DNA of 64,000 nucleotides. It comes from an uncultured Gemmatimonadaceae bacterium. GTDB lineage: Bacteria; Gemmatimonadota; Gemmatimonadetes; Gemmatimonadales; Gemmatimonadaceae. The notes below the pieces were generated by a model. The model was not told the origin of the DNA. It saw only the letters and a program-made list of their open reading frames with translations, and did no database searches. Each line of letters starts with the position of its first letter. The stretch's first letter is position 1. The position numbers and the translations under genes were made by a program. Where the stretch lies: contig CAVVTZ010000012.1 of the NCBI GenBank assembly GCA_963751275.1, positions 64,831 to 128,830 of the forward strand, given 5' to 3'. Positions 10,200 through 20,607 of this stretch are shown here, piece by piece.

Positions 10200-11368
10200 A
10201 TGCGAAGCGCAGTCGGGGGAATCCTGAGGACGTCGGTGCGCGCCGTGGGTGGCGCCGCGGCGGCGCTGTCGCTCTGCGGATGCCCCAAGGTGCCCACCAA
10301 TACGGCCAGCATGCAGCTAGCATCGAACGTGGATGTCACGGCGGACCAGCTGCAGCTCCAGACCTACGCGATGGGGCACCGGGTGACCGGGGAGGTCGTG
10401 ACGGCGGCCGACAGCATCGCGAACGCGACCACCGACGCGCTCGTTCGGCGCCGGGCGATCCGATGGAAGCTCAACGCGACGCCCCTCGTGCAGGAGGCGG
10501 CGCTCCGCACCGATCCGTTGGTCGCGGTCGTGGATCTCGCCGCGTTCACCCAGCAGCAGACCGCCTACTTCACCACCGGCGATGGCCGGGACGCGTTCGG
10601 CGCGCTCCAACCCGTGGCGGTGCATGCCTCCGAGTCGATGCAGCGGCAATTGCTCGGTCTGATGCAGCGCAGCACGAAGACCGGCGAGCTCACGCCACAA
10701 GCCACGGAGCGGCTCGCCGCGTGGACGGGCCAGCACCCGATCACCGGGCCGGACATGCAGCGCGAGTCGGTGCTGGGCGCGGACTGGCAGGCGCTGGGGG
10801 CGACTGACCAGAGCATCGCGGGCACGGTCGCGAACATGGACCGCGTCCTGCGCGGCCTCACCCTGCGCCTGGGCTACCTGAACGAGACGCTGTCCATGCA
10901 GCTCCGATGGAACGCGCAGCTGCTCACCGACGAGATGATGAATTCCCCGCGCGCCGACTCGATGCTGCGTCCCGGCACGAGCACGATCCGCGCGCTGGGT
11001 GATCTCGCGGTGGGCGCGCCGATCTCATCGCGCACGAGCGCGCGGCCCTGCTCGCCGGCGTGGACCGCGAGCGCATGCTGGCCCTCGCGGACGTCGACCG
11101 CCAGCGCATCGAGACGCTGCACGCGCTCACCGGCGAGCGGCTCGCGGTCACGGCGACGCTCGACAGCGAGCGCGTCGCCGTGATGGTGGCCCTCACGAAG
11201 GAACGGATCGCGGCGCTCCACGATGTGGACAGCATCGCGCAGCGGCAGATCGCGCACACCGAGGCGATGTTCACGCGGCTGCTCTGGGAAGGGGTGCTCG
11301 GTGCGCTCATCGTGGTGGCGGCGATCACGTTGGGCCGGCTCTTCGTGGCGAGGCAGCGCACGGTGTAG
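10200..11368 (+). CDS. Hypothetical lipoprotein with 11-aa coiled repeats and a C-terminal TM helix (frameshift near 11025)
   Basis: LCGC lipobox-like; ORF 10200 continues into ORF 11060..11368. Confidence 0.6.
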
Positions 11369-11456
11369 GCATTCCGCCCTTGCCCCGGCGGCGGGGCGCG
11401 GCGACTTTCGAACGCCGGCGCGTGCCGGCGCGAACGACGGCTCGAGAGGAGGCTCC

Positions 11457-12861
11457 ATGAAGTCAGCGGCCGCGGCCACGCCCTTCGGCGACGCCGTGAG
11501 GGTATCCGGCGAGACGATCACGATCGCCGACGAGCGCGCGCTGCAGGGCCCGGCGATGGACGCGCTCGTGCGGGACGCCGTGTTCGGCGGCACGGTGGAG
11601 CGGGAACAGGCGCGCTGGCTGATCTGGGAGCTCGCGCAGGCGGTGGGGGCGCGGCCCGCGTCGATCCACGAGCTGTACCGAGCGCGCGGGCGCGGCGAGA
11701 CGAAGGGCTTCACGGTGCCCGCGATCAACGTGCGCGGCGCGGCGTACGAAACGGCGCGCGCCATCTTCCGCACCGCCGTGAAGATGAACGCGGGCGCCTT
11801 CATCCTCGAGATCGCGCGGTCGGAGATCGCGTACACGGAACAGCGTCCCGCCGAGTACGTCGCGGTGATGCTCGCCGCCGCGATGCGCGAGGGGTTCCGC
11901 GGCCCCGTGTTCATCCAGGGCGATCACTTCCAGGTCAACGCCAAGAAGTTCGCCGCGGACGCGGCCGGCGAAGTGAACTCGGTGAAGCAGCTCGCCGCCG
12001 AGGCGGTCGCGGCGGGCTTCTTCAACATCGACGTGGACACATCCACGCTGGTGAACATCGACCTCAAGACGCTCGACGAACAGCAGCGGCTCGAACTACG
12101 AGACGGCCGCGGACATCGCCGCGTACGTGCGGAGCCTCGAGCCCGCCGGCGTCACGATCTCGCTGGGCGCCGAGATCGGCGAAGTGGGGACGCAGAACAG
12201 CACCGTCGCCGAGGAGCGCGCGTTCATGGATGGCTACCGGCGCACGATGAAGGCGCCGGGGCACGCGGCGCTGGCGCCGCTCTCGAAGATCTCGGTGCAG
12301 ACCGGCACGTCGCACGGCGGCATCGTGCTGCCCGACGGGACGATCAAGGATGTGAAGCTGGATCTCAAGGCGCTGGAGGAGCTCTCGAAGGTCGCGCGCG
12401 ATGAGTACGGCATGGCCGGCGCGGTGCAGCACGGCGCGAGCACGCTGCCCGACACCGCGTTCGACCACTTCCCGCGCATCGAGACGGCGGAGATCCATCT
12501 CGCCACGAACTTCCAGAACATCCTGTACGACCACCTGCCCACCGCGCTGCGCGCCCGGATCTACCGGTGGCTGGACGAGAACGCGAAGGACGAGCGCAAA
12601 CCCACGGACACGGACGACCAGTTCTACTACAAGACGCGCAAGAAGGCGCTCGGTCCGTTCAAGGCGGAGCTATGGGAATTGCCGGAGGAGACCCGGGCGG
12701 AGTTGGCGAAGACGTACGACCGGACGTTCGGATTCCTCTTCGAACAATTGAAGGTGGGCGGCACGGCCGCCATCGTTGCGAAGACGGTGACGGCGCCGCG
12801 GATGCACCACAGCGTGCCCGCGGGCGCGATCGCCCCCGATGATCCTGACGCCGGCGAGTAG
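11457..12861 (+). CDS. Class II fructose-bisphosphate aldolase family protein (frameshift near 12092)
   Basis: GGAGG SD; FTVPAIN, FIQGDH, DVDTS, AEIGEVG, GTSHGG, VQHGAS, EIHLAT. Confidence 0.88.
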
Positions 12862-12885
12862 GCCGGCCCCGACTGGAGATGGCCC

Positions 12886-13335
12886 ATGATGCGTGACGAC
12901 GATTTCGACGACGAGCCGCGGGTGGTCGTGGTGAAGCCGCGCGGGGGGATCGCGCCCTTCCTCGCGGGACTGGCGGTGGGTGCGGGGATCGCGCTGCTGC
13001 TCGCGCCGCAGTCCGGCGTCGAGACGCGCAAGATGATCCGCCGGCGTGCGCGCCGCGTCGCCGACAAGATGGCGGACACCGCCGGTGATGTCGCGGACAA
13101 CGTACGCGACTCGGTGGACCACGCGAAGCGCCGCGTGGAGGAGGGGATCGAGAACGCGCGCGATCTCGTGGACCGCGAGAAGCGGCACGTGAAGCAGGCC
13201 ATGCGCGAGGGCCGCGGCGCGGCGCGCGCGGCGCGCGAGGAGCTGGAAGCGCGGCTCGCCGAGAGCCGGGCCGGTGCGCGGCGCACCACCGCGACCGCCG
13301 GCGACGAGCTGGACGACGACGACGCGGGCGTCTGA
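12886..13335 (+). CDS. YtxH-domain protein
   Basis: FLAGLAVGAGIALLLAPQSGVETR followed by a charged helix. Confidence 0.88.
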   Translation: MMRDDDFDDEPRVVVVKPRGGIAPFLAGLAVGAGIALLLAPQSGVETRKMIRRRARRVADKMADTAGDVADNVRDSVDHAKRRVEEGIENARDLVDREKRHVKQAMREGRGAARAAREELEARLAESRAGARRTTATAGDELDDDDAGV

Positions 13336-13365
13336 CGCGGCCGCGCCGCGCGCGGGAGTGACGCG

Positions 13366-14280
13366 ATGCCGCTAGCGCGCGCGCCGCTGCCCGTGCGGGC
13401 GTGGCGCACCGTGAAGGATTACGCCATCCGCGTCTGGGAGAACGCCGGCGATGACGACATCTTCTTCCTGACGAGCGCCGTCGCCTTCAATATCCTGCTC
13501 GCGGTGGTGCCGTTCCTGCTCTTGCTCCTGGCGGGCCTCGGCTACTGGCTCAATCACTCGGTACTGCAGTCGCGCGCCGACGTCTGGGACTTCCTGCACG
13601 CGCTCCTCCCGCCGCACGTCGAGACCCCGACGTCCCCGTACCACGTGGTGATCAACGAGATCGTCCGCACGCGCAAGTCGCTCGGCGTGATCGGATCGGT
13701 CGCGTTCATCTATCTCACGACGCGGCTCTTCGCGACGCTGCGCTCGGCGCTCGCCAGCGTGTTCGATGTGCGCGAGGGGAAGGGGATCATCCAGGGGAAG
13801 TTGTACGACACCGTGGTGACGATCATCGCGACGATCCTGCTCATGGGCTACACCGGCATGGCCACCTATATCAAACTCGCGACGTCGCGCGGCATTTCGG
13901 CGCTCGCGGCGATCGGCGTCCGTCACGAGATGATGGGGCGCGTCGAGTACGCGGTGGCGGCGTCGCTCGGCACGCTGTCGATCGCGATCATGTTCTTCTG
14001 CCTCTACAAGTTCCTGCCGAACCGGCCGATCCGGTGGCAGCCCGCGGCCCTGAGCGCGCTCGTGACCACCGTGCTCCTGCAGGTCGCCAAGATCGTGTTC
14101 GACATCTTCATGCGGTCGTTCAATCCCGGTTCGCTCTACGCGGGCACGATGTACGCGATCGTGCTCATCGTGTTCTGGACCTACTACGCGGCGCTCATCT
14201 TCCTCATCGGCGGCGAGGTGGGGCAGGTGTACGACCTGCGCCGCGCAATGCGGCAGCAGCGCGAGACCTTCGAGGACTGA
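13366..14280 (+). CDS. YihY/BrkB family membrane protein
   Basis: AVAFNILLAVVPFLL, LYKFLP, FWTYYAALIFLIGGE. Confidence 0.88.
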   Translation: MPLARAPLPVRAWRTVKDYAIRVWENAGDDDIFFLTSAVAFNILLAVVPFLLLLLAGLGYWLNHSVLQSRADVWDFLHALLPPHVETPTSPYHVVINEIVRTRKSLGVIGSVAFIYLTTRLFATLRSALASVFDVREGKGIIQGKLYDTVVTIIATILLMGYTGMATYIKLATSRGISALAAIGVRHEMMGRVEYAVAASLGTLSIAIMFFCLYKFLPNRPIRWQPAALSALVTTVLLQVAKIVFDIFMRSFNPGSLYAGTMYAIVLIVFWTYYAALIFLIGGEVGQVYDLRRAMRQQRETFED

Positions 14281-14283
14281 GCC

Positions 14284-15312
14284 ATGGCGATCGATCTGCG
14301 CAGCGATACCGTCACCCGGCCCACCGCGGCGATGCGGAAGGCGATGGCGGACGCCGACGTCGGCGATGATGTGCTCGATGGCGACCCGACGACGAAGCGC
14401 CTCGAAGCGCGCGTCGCCGAGCTGCTCGGCAAGGAGGCCGCGCTGTTCTTCCCGAGCGGGACGATGGCGAACCAGACCGCGGTCTGGCTGCTGTCGCGCC
14501 CGGGGACGGAGATCCTCCTCGATGCCGGCGCGCACATCGTGCACTACGAGTACGCGGGCGCGGCGGCGCTCTCCGGCGCGCAGCTGCGGCTCGTGACGCC
14601 GGCGGGAGCGATCATGACCGCGGACGACTTGGAGGCGGCGTTCCGCATTCCCTCGCCGCACGTGCCGCTGCCCAGTCTCGTGTGCGCCGAGAACACGCAC
14701 AACGGCGCCGGCGGGATGATCACGCCATTGCCGGTGCTGCGCGCGATCGCCACGGTGGCGCGCGAGCGCGGCGTGCCGGTGCATCTCGATGGCGCGCGAC
14801 TGTGGAACGCGAGCGCCGCGAGCGGCACGCCGCTCAAGGATTTCGCGGCGTGCGCCGACACGGTGATGGTCTCCTTCTCGAAGGGGCTCGGCTGTCCGGT
14901 GGGCGCCGTACTGGCGGGACCGAAAGCCGTGATGGCCGAGGGCTGGAGCGCGCGCAAGCGGTTCGGCGGCGGCATGCGGCAGAGTGGCGTGCTCACGGCG
15001 GCGGCGGTGTATGCGCTGGATCATCATCTCGACCGGCTCACCGAGGACCATGCGCGCGCGAAGGCGTACGCGGAGCGGGTGGACGGCGCCGGCGGCGCGA
15101 CGGTGGTGCCGCCCGACACGAACATCGTGATGCTCGACTTGCCGGAGCACCTGGACGCGGCGCACATCGTGACCGCGGCGGCGGCGAAAGGGGTGAAAGT
15201 GGTGCCATGGTCGAAATCACGCATTCGCGCGGTGTTTCACCTCGACATCGATGACGCCGCGACCGAGGAGGCGGGGAACACGATCGCGGCGATCCTCGAG
15301 AGGGCGTCCTAG
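14284..15312 (+). CDS. ltaE: Low-specificity L-threonine aldolase
   Basis: IDLRSDTVT.P, GDDV, PSGTMANQ, ENTHN, HLDGARLWNA, SKGLGCPVG, GGGMRQ. Confidence 0.92.
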   Translation: MAIDLRSDTVTRPTAAMRKAMADADVGDDVLDGDPTTKRLEARVAELLGKEAALFFPSGTMANQTAVWLLSRPGTEILLDAGAHIVHYEYAGAAALSGAQLRLVTPAGAIMTADDLEAAFRIPSPHVPLPSLVCAENTHNGAGGMITPLPVLRAIATVARERGVPVHLDGARLWNASAASGTPLKDFAACADTVMVSFSKGLGCPVGAVLAGPKAVMAEGWSARKRFGGGMRQSGVLTAAAVYALDHHLDRLTEDHARAKAYAERVDGAGGATVVPPDTNIVMLDLPEHLDAAHIVTAAAAKGVKVVPWSKSRIRAVFHLDIDDAATEEAGNTIAAILERAS

Positions 15313-15577
15313 GGGCGTGAGGTGCACCCCACACGCCGTGAGGCGCACCCCCAACACCGTGAGGCGTGAGGCGCACCCCACACGCCGTGAGGCGTGAGGC
15401 GTGCGACGGACGAGCCGGGCGGCTGCGGCATGACGCCTCACGGCTCACGGTGTTCGGGTCGCGCCTCGCGCAGTTCAGTCTGTTCGTCGCACGCCTCACG
15501 CCTCACGGCGTTCGGGGTGCGCCTCACGCATCACAGTTAGTTCGTCGCACGCCTCACGCCTCACGGCGTTCGGGTCG
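15313..15577. repeat. CCTCACG/CGTGAGG heptamer inverted cluster R2
   Basis: Left half CGTGAGG runs, right half CCTCACG runs; 35-nt core at 15482 and 15540 (58-nt period). Confidence 0.88.
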
Positions 15578-15609
15578 CCATTGAGCCCGCCCGCGAGTAG
15601 ATTGCAGTC

Positions 15610-15705
15610 GCTCCAGGTCCCGGAGGGCGCCAGTGCGTCAACCCCGCCAGGACCGAGAGGTAGCAACGGTACACGTTGCGAACGTCGCTTCGGACGGCCT
15701 GGAGC
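15610..15705 (+). ncRNA. ffs: Small SRP (4.5S) RNA
   Basis: Terminal stem GCTCCAGG/CCTGGAGC; domain IV CAGG-ACC-GAGA-GGT-AGCA; lies directly upstream of dnaX; TAGATT 6 nt upstream. Confidence 0.88.
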
Positions 15706-15812
15706 ACTGCGCGGGGATCCGAGGGCCGCAAGTGGCGGCCGCGGTCCCGCGCGGGAACTGCACGCGAGAGAGCCTGGCGCCGCGCGCGCCGGGCTCTAGT
15801 TTTTCGAGGACC

Positions 15813-17513
15813 ATGTACCTCTCCCTCGCCCGAAAATACCGCCCGCGGCGTTTCGCCGATGTCGCAGTGCAATCGCATGTCGCGAACACGCTCAAGGGCG
15901 CGATCGCGCGCGGGCGCGTCGCGCACGGGTATCTCCTGTGCGGGCCGCGTGGAGTGGGGAAGACGACGCTCGCGCGCGTGCTCGCGATGGCGCTCAACTG
16001 CGAGCGCCGCGCCGCCGACGGCGAGCCGTGCGGCGAGTGCGAATCGTGCAAGCGGATCTGGGCCGGGTCCACCGCGCTCGACGTCGTCGAGATCGACGCC
16101 GCGTCGAATCGCGGCGTGGATGACGCGCGCGAGTTGCGCGAGCGCGCCATGTATGCGCCCAACAGCGACACCGGCTACAAGGTCTACATCGTGGACGAAG
16201 CGCACATGCTCACGCGCGAGGCGTGGAACACGCTCCTCAAGATCCTCGAGGAGCCGCCGCCGCGCGTCGTGTTCGTCTTCGCCACGACCGAGCCGCAGAA
16301 GATCGCCCAGGCCGCCGCCCCGGTGCTGAGCCGCCTGCAGCGCTTCGACTTCAAGCGGATCGGCCCGGCCGACGTGCGCACCCGTCTCGCGACGGTGCTC
16401 CAGGAAGAGCACGTGAAGGCCGAGCCCGAGGCGCTGGTGATGCTCTCACGCGCGGCCGACGGTTCGATGCGCGACGCGCTCTCGCTCGCCGACCAGGCGC
16501 TCTCGCTGGGCGACGGCACGCTCACCGCCGCGCGCGTGCGCGAGGCGCTGGGGCTCGTGGCCGAGGACGAGTACCTCGCGGTGCTCGACATCATTCTCGA
16601 GCGCCGCGCCGGCGACATCTTCCCCGCCGTCGCGCGCCTCGTGGACCAGGGTGTGGACCTGCCGGGATTCCTGACGGGATTCGCGGATCTGCTGCGTTCG
16701 CTCCTCACGATCCAACTCGGAGGAAAGGGCGACGACCTTTCGGAGTCGCTGAAGGCGGGCCTCGGCGCACGGCGCGCGGCGCTCGGCAACGGCGATGTGC
16801 TGCGTATGCTCACGGCGCTCACCGAACTCGAACCGCGGTTCCGACGGTCGGGGCAGCAGCAAATCCTGCTCGAGACGATGCTTGTCCGGTTCGCGCTCCT
16901 GGATCACACGGTTGACATTGAGGAACTGCTGGGCGCCATGGGGTCGCGGAGCGGCGGAGGGGCTGCGCCGGGCCCAAGCACACCCGTCGCTCGGGACTCG
17001 GGACTCGGGACTCGCCGCGGGACGCGGGAAGCGAGTGCCGCTCCCGTCAGTTCATCGCCTCCCGCGGCGCGTCCCGAGTCCCGAGTCCCGAGCAATGAAT
17101 CAAGCTCGGGCCCGACTCAGCTCATCAGTCTCGAGTCACTCGCGGGATCCTGGCAGCGAGTCGTGAGTGCCGTCAGCGCAGCAGGCAGAAGCATGCTCAG
17201 CGGCGCTCTCGCGCACTCGCGGCCCGTCGGCGTATCCGGGAACGGCGAAATCACATTGGAGTTGACCCCGGATGGCGCCATGTACGAGCAGCCGCTCTCG
17301 AGCGGTTCCTCGGATGTGCTCGCCGCCGTCGCCACGTTGTTCAGCGGCGGCTCGAAGCTCAGCGTCCGTGTCGCCACGGCGGGCACGGCCGACGCCGCGC
17401 CGAAGCGGATCACGGCCGAGAGCGTCAAGGCCGAGCGTCTCGCGACGATCCGGAAGAAGGATCCGGCCTTGGACGCCGCAGTAGATTCCCTGGATCTGGA
17501 ACTGCTCGACTAG
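15813..17513 (+). CDS. dnaX: DNA polymerase III gamma/tau
   Basis: LARKYRP, GPRGVGKTT, Cys4 zinc module, EIDAASN, DEAHML, LKILEEPP. Confidence 0.97.
   Translation: MYLSLARKYRPRRFADVAVQSHVANTLKGAIARGRVAHGYLLCGPRGVGKTTLARVLAMALNCERRAADGEPCGECESCKRIWAGSTALDVVEIDAASNRGVDDARELRERAMYAPNSDTGYKVYIVDEAHMLTREAWNTLLKILEEPPPRVVFVFATTEPQKIAQAAAPVLSRLQRFDFKRIGPADVRTRLATVLQEEHVKAEPEALVMLSRAADGSMRDALSLADQALSLGDGTLTAARVREALGLVAEDEYLAVLDIILERRAGDIFPAVARLVDQGVDLPGFLTGFADLLRSLLTIQLGGKGDDLSESLKAGLGARRAALGNGDVLRMLTALTELEPRFRRSGQQQILLETMLVRFALLDHTVDIEELLGAMGSRSGGGAAPGPSTPVARDSGLGTRRGTREASAAPVSSSPPAARPESRVPSNESSSGPTQLISLESLAGSWQRVVSAVSAAGRSMLSGALAHSRPVGVSGNGEITLELTPDGAMYEQPLSSGSSDVLAAVATLFSGGSKLSVRVATAGTADAAPKRITAESVKAERLATIRKKDPALDAAVDSLDLELLD
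16989..17093. repeat. In-frame GGGACTC-heptamer hairpin inside the dnaX linker
   Basis: 34-nt arms with 1 mismatch; 105 nt total. Confidence 0.9.
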
Positions 17514-17537
17514 CTCGTCTCTCTTTCCGCTCCGCCC

Positions 17538-17855
17538 ATGGCTGATTTCATGAAGCTCCTCCAGCAAGCCCAGCAAATGCAGGGGAAGCTGGCCGAGATG
17601 CAGAACGAACTCGAGAAGCGCACGGTGTCCGCCGCGAGCGGCGGGGGCATGGTCACGGCCACCGCCGACGGCAAGGGGCAGATCCGCGCGATCAAGATCG
17701 ATCCGTCGGTCGTGAACGCGGCGGACGTCGAGATGCTCGAGGACCTGGTGCTCGCCGCGCTCACGGAGGTGCAGAAGAAGGCGGCCGCGGCCGCCGCCGA
17801 AGAGATGCAGAAGGCCACCGGCGGCCTGTCGCTCCCCTTCAAGCTCCCGCTCTAG
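17538..17855 (+). CDS. ybaB: YbaB/EbfC nucleoid-associated protein
   Basis: QAQQMQ, SGGGMV, IKIDP, DVEMLEDLV; between dnaX and recR. Confidence 0.95.
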   Translation: MADFMKLLQQAQQMQGKLAEMQNELEKRTVSAASGGGMVTATADGKGQIRAIKIDPSVVNAADVEMLEDLVLAALTEVQKKAAAAAAEEMQKATGGLSLPFKLPL

Positions 17856-17862
17856 GGCGGCG

Positions 17863-18450
17863 ATGTCGGCGATCGAGGATCTCGCCGCCGAGCTCGCGAA
17901 GCTGCCCGGGATCGGGCGGAAGACCGCGCTGCGGCTCACGTACTACCTCCTGAAGCAGCCGCCGGCGCAGAGCCGCCGGCTTGCGGAGGCGCTCGGCCTG
18001 CTCGTGGAGCGCGTGCGCCGCTGCTCGGTGTGCGCGAACCTCACCGAGGCGGATCCCTGCGCGATCTGCACCGACCCGCGCCGCGACCGCGCGATCCTCT
18101 GCGTGGTGGAGGAGAGCGCGGACATTGGCGCCATCGAGCGGGCGGGGGAATTCCGCGGCGTCTACCACGTGCTGGGCGGACGGCTGAGCCCGCTGGACGG
18201 CGTGGGCCCCGAGGACCTGACCGTCACGCAGCTGGTGGAGCGGGTCTCGCGCGGCGCCGTGAAAGAGGTCATCGTTGCGACGAACCCGAGCCTCGAAGGA
18301 GAGGCCACCGCGTTGTACCTTCAGCGCCAACTGGCGGGGCAAGTTCCGGTGGTGTCGCGCATCGCGCGAGGGTTACCCGTGGGAGGCGACCTGGAATACG
18401 CTGATGGGGTCACGATCGCGCAGGCTCTCAGTGCGCGGAGAGCGATGTGA
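17863..18450 (+). CDS. recR: Recombination mediator RecR
   Basis: LPGIGRKTA.RL, CxxC..CxxC, YHVLGG.LSPLDG, EGEATALY, RIARGLPVG. Confidence 0.97.
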   Translation: MSAIEDLAAELAKLPGIGRKTALRLTYYLLKQPPAQSRRLAEALGLLVERVRRCSVCANLTEADPCAICTDPRRDRAILCVVEESADIGAIERAGEFRGVYHVLGGRLSPLDGVGPEDLTVTQLVERVSRGAVKEVIVATNPSLEGEATALYLQRQLAGQVPVVSRIARGLPVGGDLEYADGVTIAQALSARRAM

Positions 18451-18472
18451 GGCACCGCACGGGATAGTAGCG

Positions 18473-18640
18473 ACCCGAACGCCGTACTTGGTCACCCGAA
18501 CTCCGCCATTGGCCACTGAGGAGTGGTACGAGCGACGGCGTTGCTGGGATGGTGTCACCGCAACGCCAAGTACGCCCAAGTCGTGACTACACCTCATTGG
18601 CCAATGGCGGAGTTCGGGGGACCAAGTACGGAGTTCGGGT
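18473..18640. repeat. Palindromic element, CCCGAAC family, copy B
   Basis: CCGTACTTGGTCACCCGAACTCCGCCATTGGCCA ... TGGCCAATGGCGGAGTTCGGGGGACCAAGTACGG. Confidence 0.9.
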
Positions 18641-18711
18641 CCTGAGTGGCTTCAGCGTGTAGATAATCGTCCTGTGTAGGCGGTATTCCCCCCTCGAGGA
18701 ACCCGGATTAG

Positions 18712-19197
18712 ATGCCCGTCGGTGCTGCCAGTTGGTCCTTCACCGAAGACGATTACGGCGCGATCCTGCGCTCCCTCCAGCAGTTCCTCTACGACAGCAA
18801 CGCGCGCAGCGCGCTGCTCGTGGATCGCTCGGGGCAGCTCGTCGCGACCGTCGGGGAGCAGCCGCATTTCGACCCGACGGCCTTCGCCACGCTCACGGCC
18901 GCCGATTTCAGCGCCAACGACCAGCTCGCCCGCCTCATCGGCGAGACCGAGTTCAGCTCCCTCTTCCACCAGGGCGAGCAGGAGTCGATGTACCTCGTCG
19001 ACATCGCCCGCCGCGTGATCCTCGTGATCCTGTTCGACAATCGCACCACGCTCGGCCTCGTCCGCCTGAAGGTGAAGACCACGGTGGAGGAGCTCGCGCG
19101 GCTGTTCACGGTCATGTTCGAGCGCGGGCGCGACGGGGCGAGTTCGCCCAACATCCTGGCGGGCGCCGAGGATGAGATCGACCGGCTGTTCCAATAG
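18712..19197 (+). CDS. mglB: MglB roadblock/LC7 protein (GAP of MglA)
   Basis: [42 protein letters not shown]. Confidence 0.92.
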   Translation: MPVGAASWSFTEDDYGAILRSLQQFLYDSNARSALLVDRSGQLVATVGEQPHFDPTAFATLTAADFSANDQLARLIGETEFSSLFHQGEQESMYLVDIARRVILVILFDNRTTLGLVRLKVKTTVEELARLFTVMFERGRDGASSPNILAGAEDEIDRLFQ

Positions 19198-19211
19198 GAG
19201 ACGGAACAGCC

Positions 19212-19889
19212 ATGTCGATGATCAACTACGCCAGCCGCGAGATCAATTGTAAGATCGTGTATTACGGACCCGGGCTGGGTGGCAAGACGACGAATCTCGA
19301 GCATGTGTACGGCCGCGTGAAGCCCGACACCCGCGGCAAGCTCATCTCGCTGGCCACGGAAACGGAACGCACGCTGTTCTTCGATTTCCTCCCGGTGGAC
19401 CTGGGCACGATCCGCGGCTTCAAGACGCGCTTCCACCTGTACACCGTGCCCGGCCAGGTCTATTACAACGCGAGCCGCAAGCTCATCCTCAAGGGCGTGG
19501 ACGGCATCGTCTTCGTGGCCGATTCGCAGATCGAGCGGATGGAGGCCAATCTCGAGGCGATGCAGAACCTGTACGACAACATGCTGGAGTACGGCTACGA
19601 CCTCACCGGCATGCCCTTCGTGATGCAGTACAACAAGCGCGACCTCCCGAACGCGGCCACCGTGGCGGAGCTGCAGGAACGGCTCAACCCGGGGTTCGAG
19701 GTGCGCGACGTCACCCGCCAGCGGGTGACCCCCGACCCCTACCACGCCGGCGAGAACCTGGTGGAGCAGATCCCGACAGGCGAATGGGTGGAACACGCGC
19801 CATATTTCGAGGCAGTGGCGGTGACGGGAGAGGGCGTCTTCGACACCTTGAAGGCCGTCAGCAAATTGGTACTCAAGACCCTCGCGTAG
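19212..19889 (+). CDS. mglA: MglA small GTPase
   Basis: [45 protein letters not shown]. Confidence 0.95.
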   Translation: MSMINYASREINCKIVYYGPGLGGKTTNLEHVYGRVKPDTRGKLISLATETERTLFFDFLPVDLGTIRGFKTRFHLYTVPGQVYYNASRKLILKGVDGIVFVADSQIERMEANLEAMQNLYDNMLEYGYDLTGMPFVMQYNKRDLPNAATVAELQERLNPGFEVRDVTRQRVTPDPYHAGENLVEQIPTGEWVEHAPYFEAVAVTGEGVFDTLKAVSKLVLKTLA

Positions 19890-19905
19890 TTCCGGAGGCG
19901 CGCGC

Positions 19906-20601
19906 GTGAATCTGCCGAACACGCTGACCGTCAGCCGCATCGTCGCGGCGCCGGTGGTCGCCTGGCTTCCCTTCATCGCCTCCTGGCAGGCGCGGTTCGG
20001 CGCGTTCGTGCTCTTCCTTCTCATCGCGATCACCGACTACTACGACGGCAAGCTCGCGCGCGAGACCGGCCAGATCACGGACCTCGGCAAAATGCTGGAC
20101 CCCCTCGCCGACAAGCTGCTCGTCTTCGCGACCTTCATCCCAATGTTCGTGCTCGTGGGATCGGGAAATTCGCTCTCCCTCCGTGCGCCGTACGCGCTCC
20201 CCTTCGATCTCACAATGCAGGGACCGTTCCCGTACCTCACGCCGTTCGGGATGATCGGGCTCCCGTGGTGGATCCTCGCGATCGTGCTGGGCCGCGAGGT
20301 GACGATGACGGTATTCCGCTGGTGGGCGCGGCGCCGCGGCGTCGTGATCGCGGCGAGCGGATCGGCGAAATGGAAGACCGGACTGCAGCTCGCGTGGGTG
20401 GGCGCGTCGCTCTTCTGGTTCGCTGCCGCCACGGCGGCCGCGGAATATCGCTGGACCGGCGCGGCCTGGAACGCTGCCGCGATGTTCATCGGCATTTCCA
20501 ATGTGCTCTCGATGACCGGGGCCGTGGGGCTCACGATCTGGTCGCTCGTGCAGTACGCACGCCGCCATCGCGGGCTCATCGCCGGCGCGGTCGCGACCTA
20601 G
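19906..20601 (+). CDS. pgsA: CDP-alcohol phosphatidyltransferase
   Basis: NLPNTLT..RI, TDYYDGKLAR....T.LG..LDPLADK. Confidence 0.85.
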   Translation: MNLPNTLTVSRIVAAPVVAWLPFIASWQARFGAFVLFLLIAITDYYDGKLARETGQITDLGKMLDPLADKLLVFATFIPMFVLVGSGNSLSLRAPYALPFDLTMQGPFPYLTPFGMIGLPWWILAIVLGREVTMTVFRWWARRRGVVIAASGSAKWKTGLQLAWVGASLFWFAAATAAAEYRWTGAAWNAAAMFIGISNVLSMTGAVGLTIWSLVQYARRHRGLIAGAVAT

Positions 20602-20607
20602 CGCACG

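Noticed and set aside
16970..16976. G GGC CCA slippery-like heptamer 12 nt before the dnaX hairpin
   Set aside because: Fits X XXY YYZ only formally; C-rich sites are poor shifters and common at this GC; no A AAA AAG or poly-A tract seen
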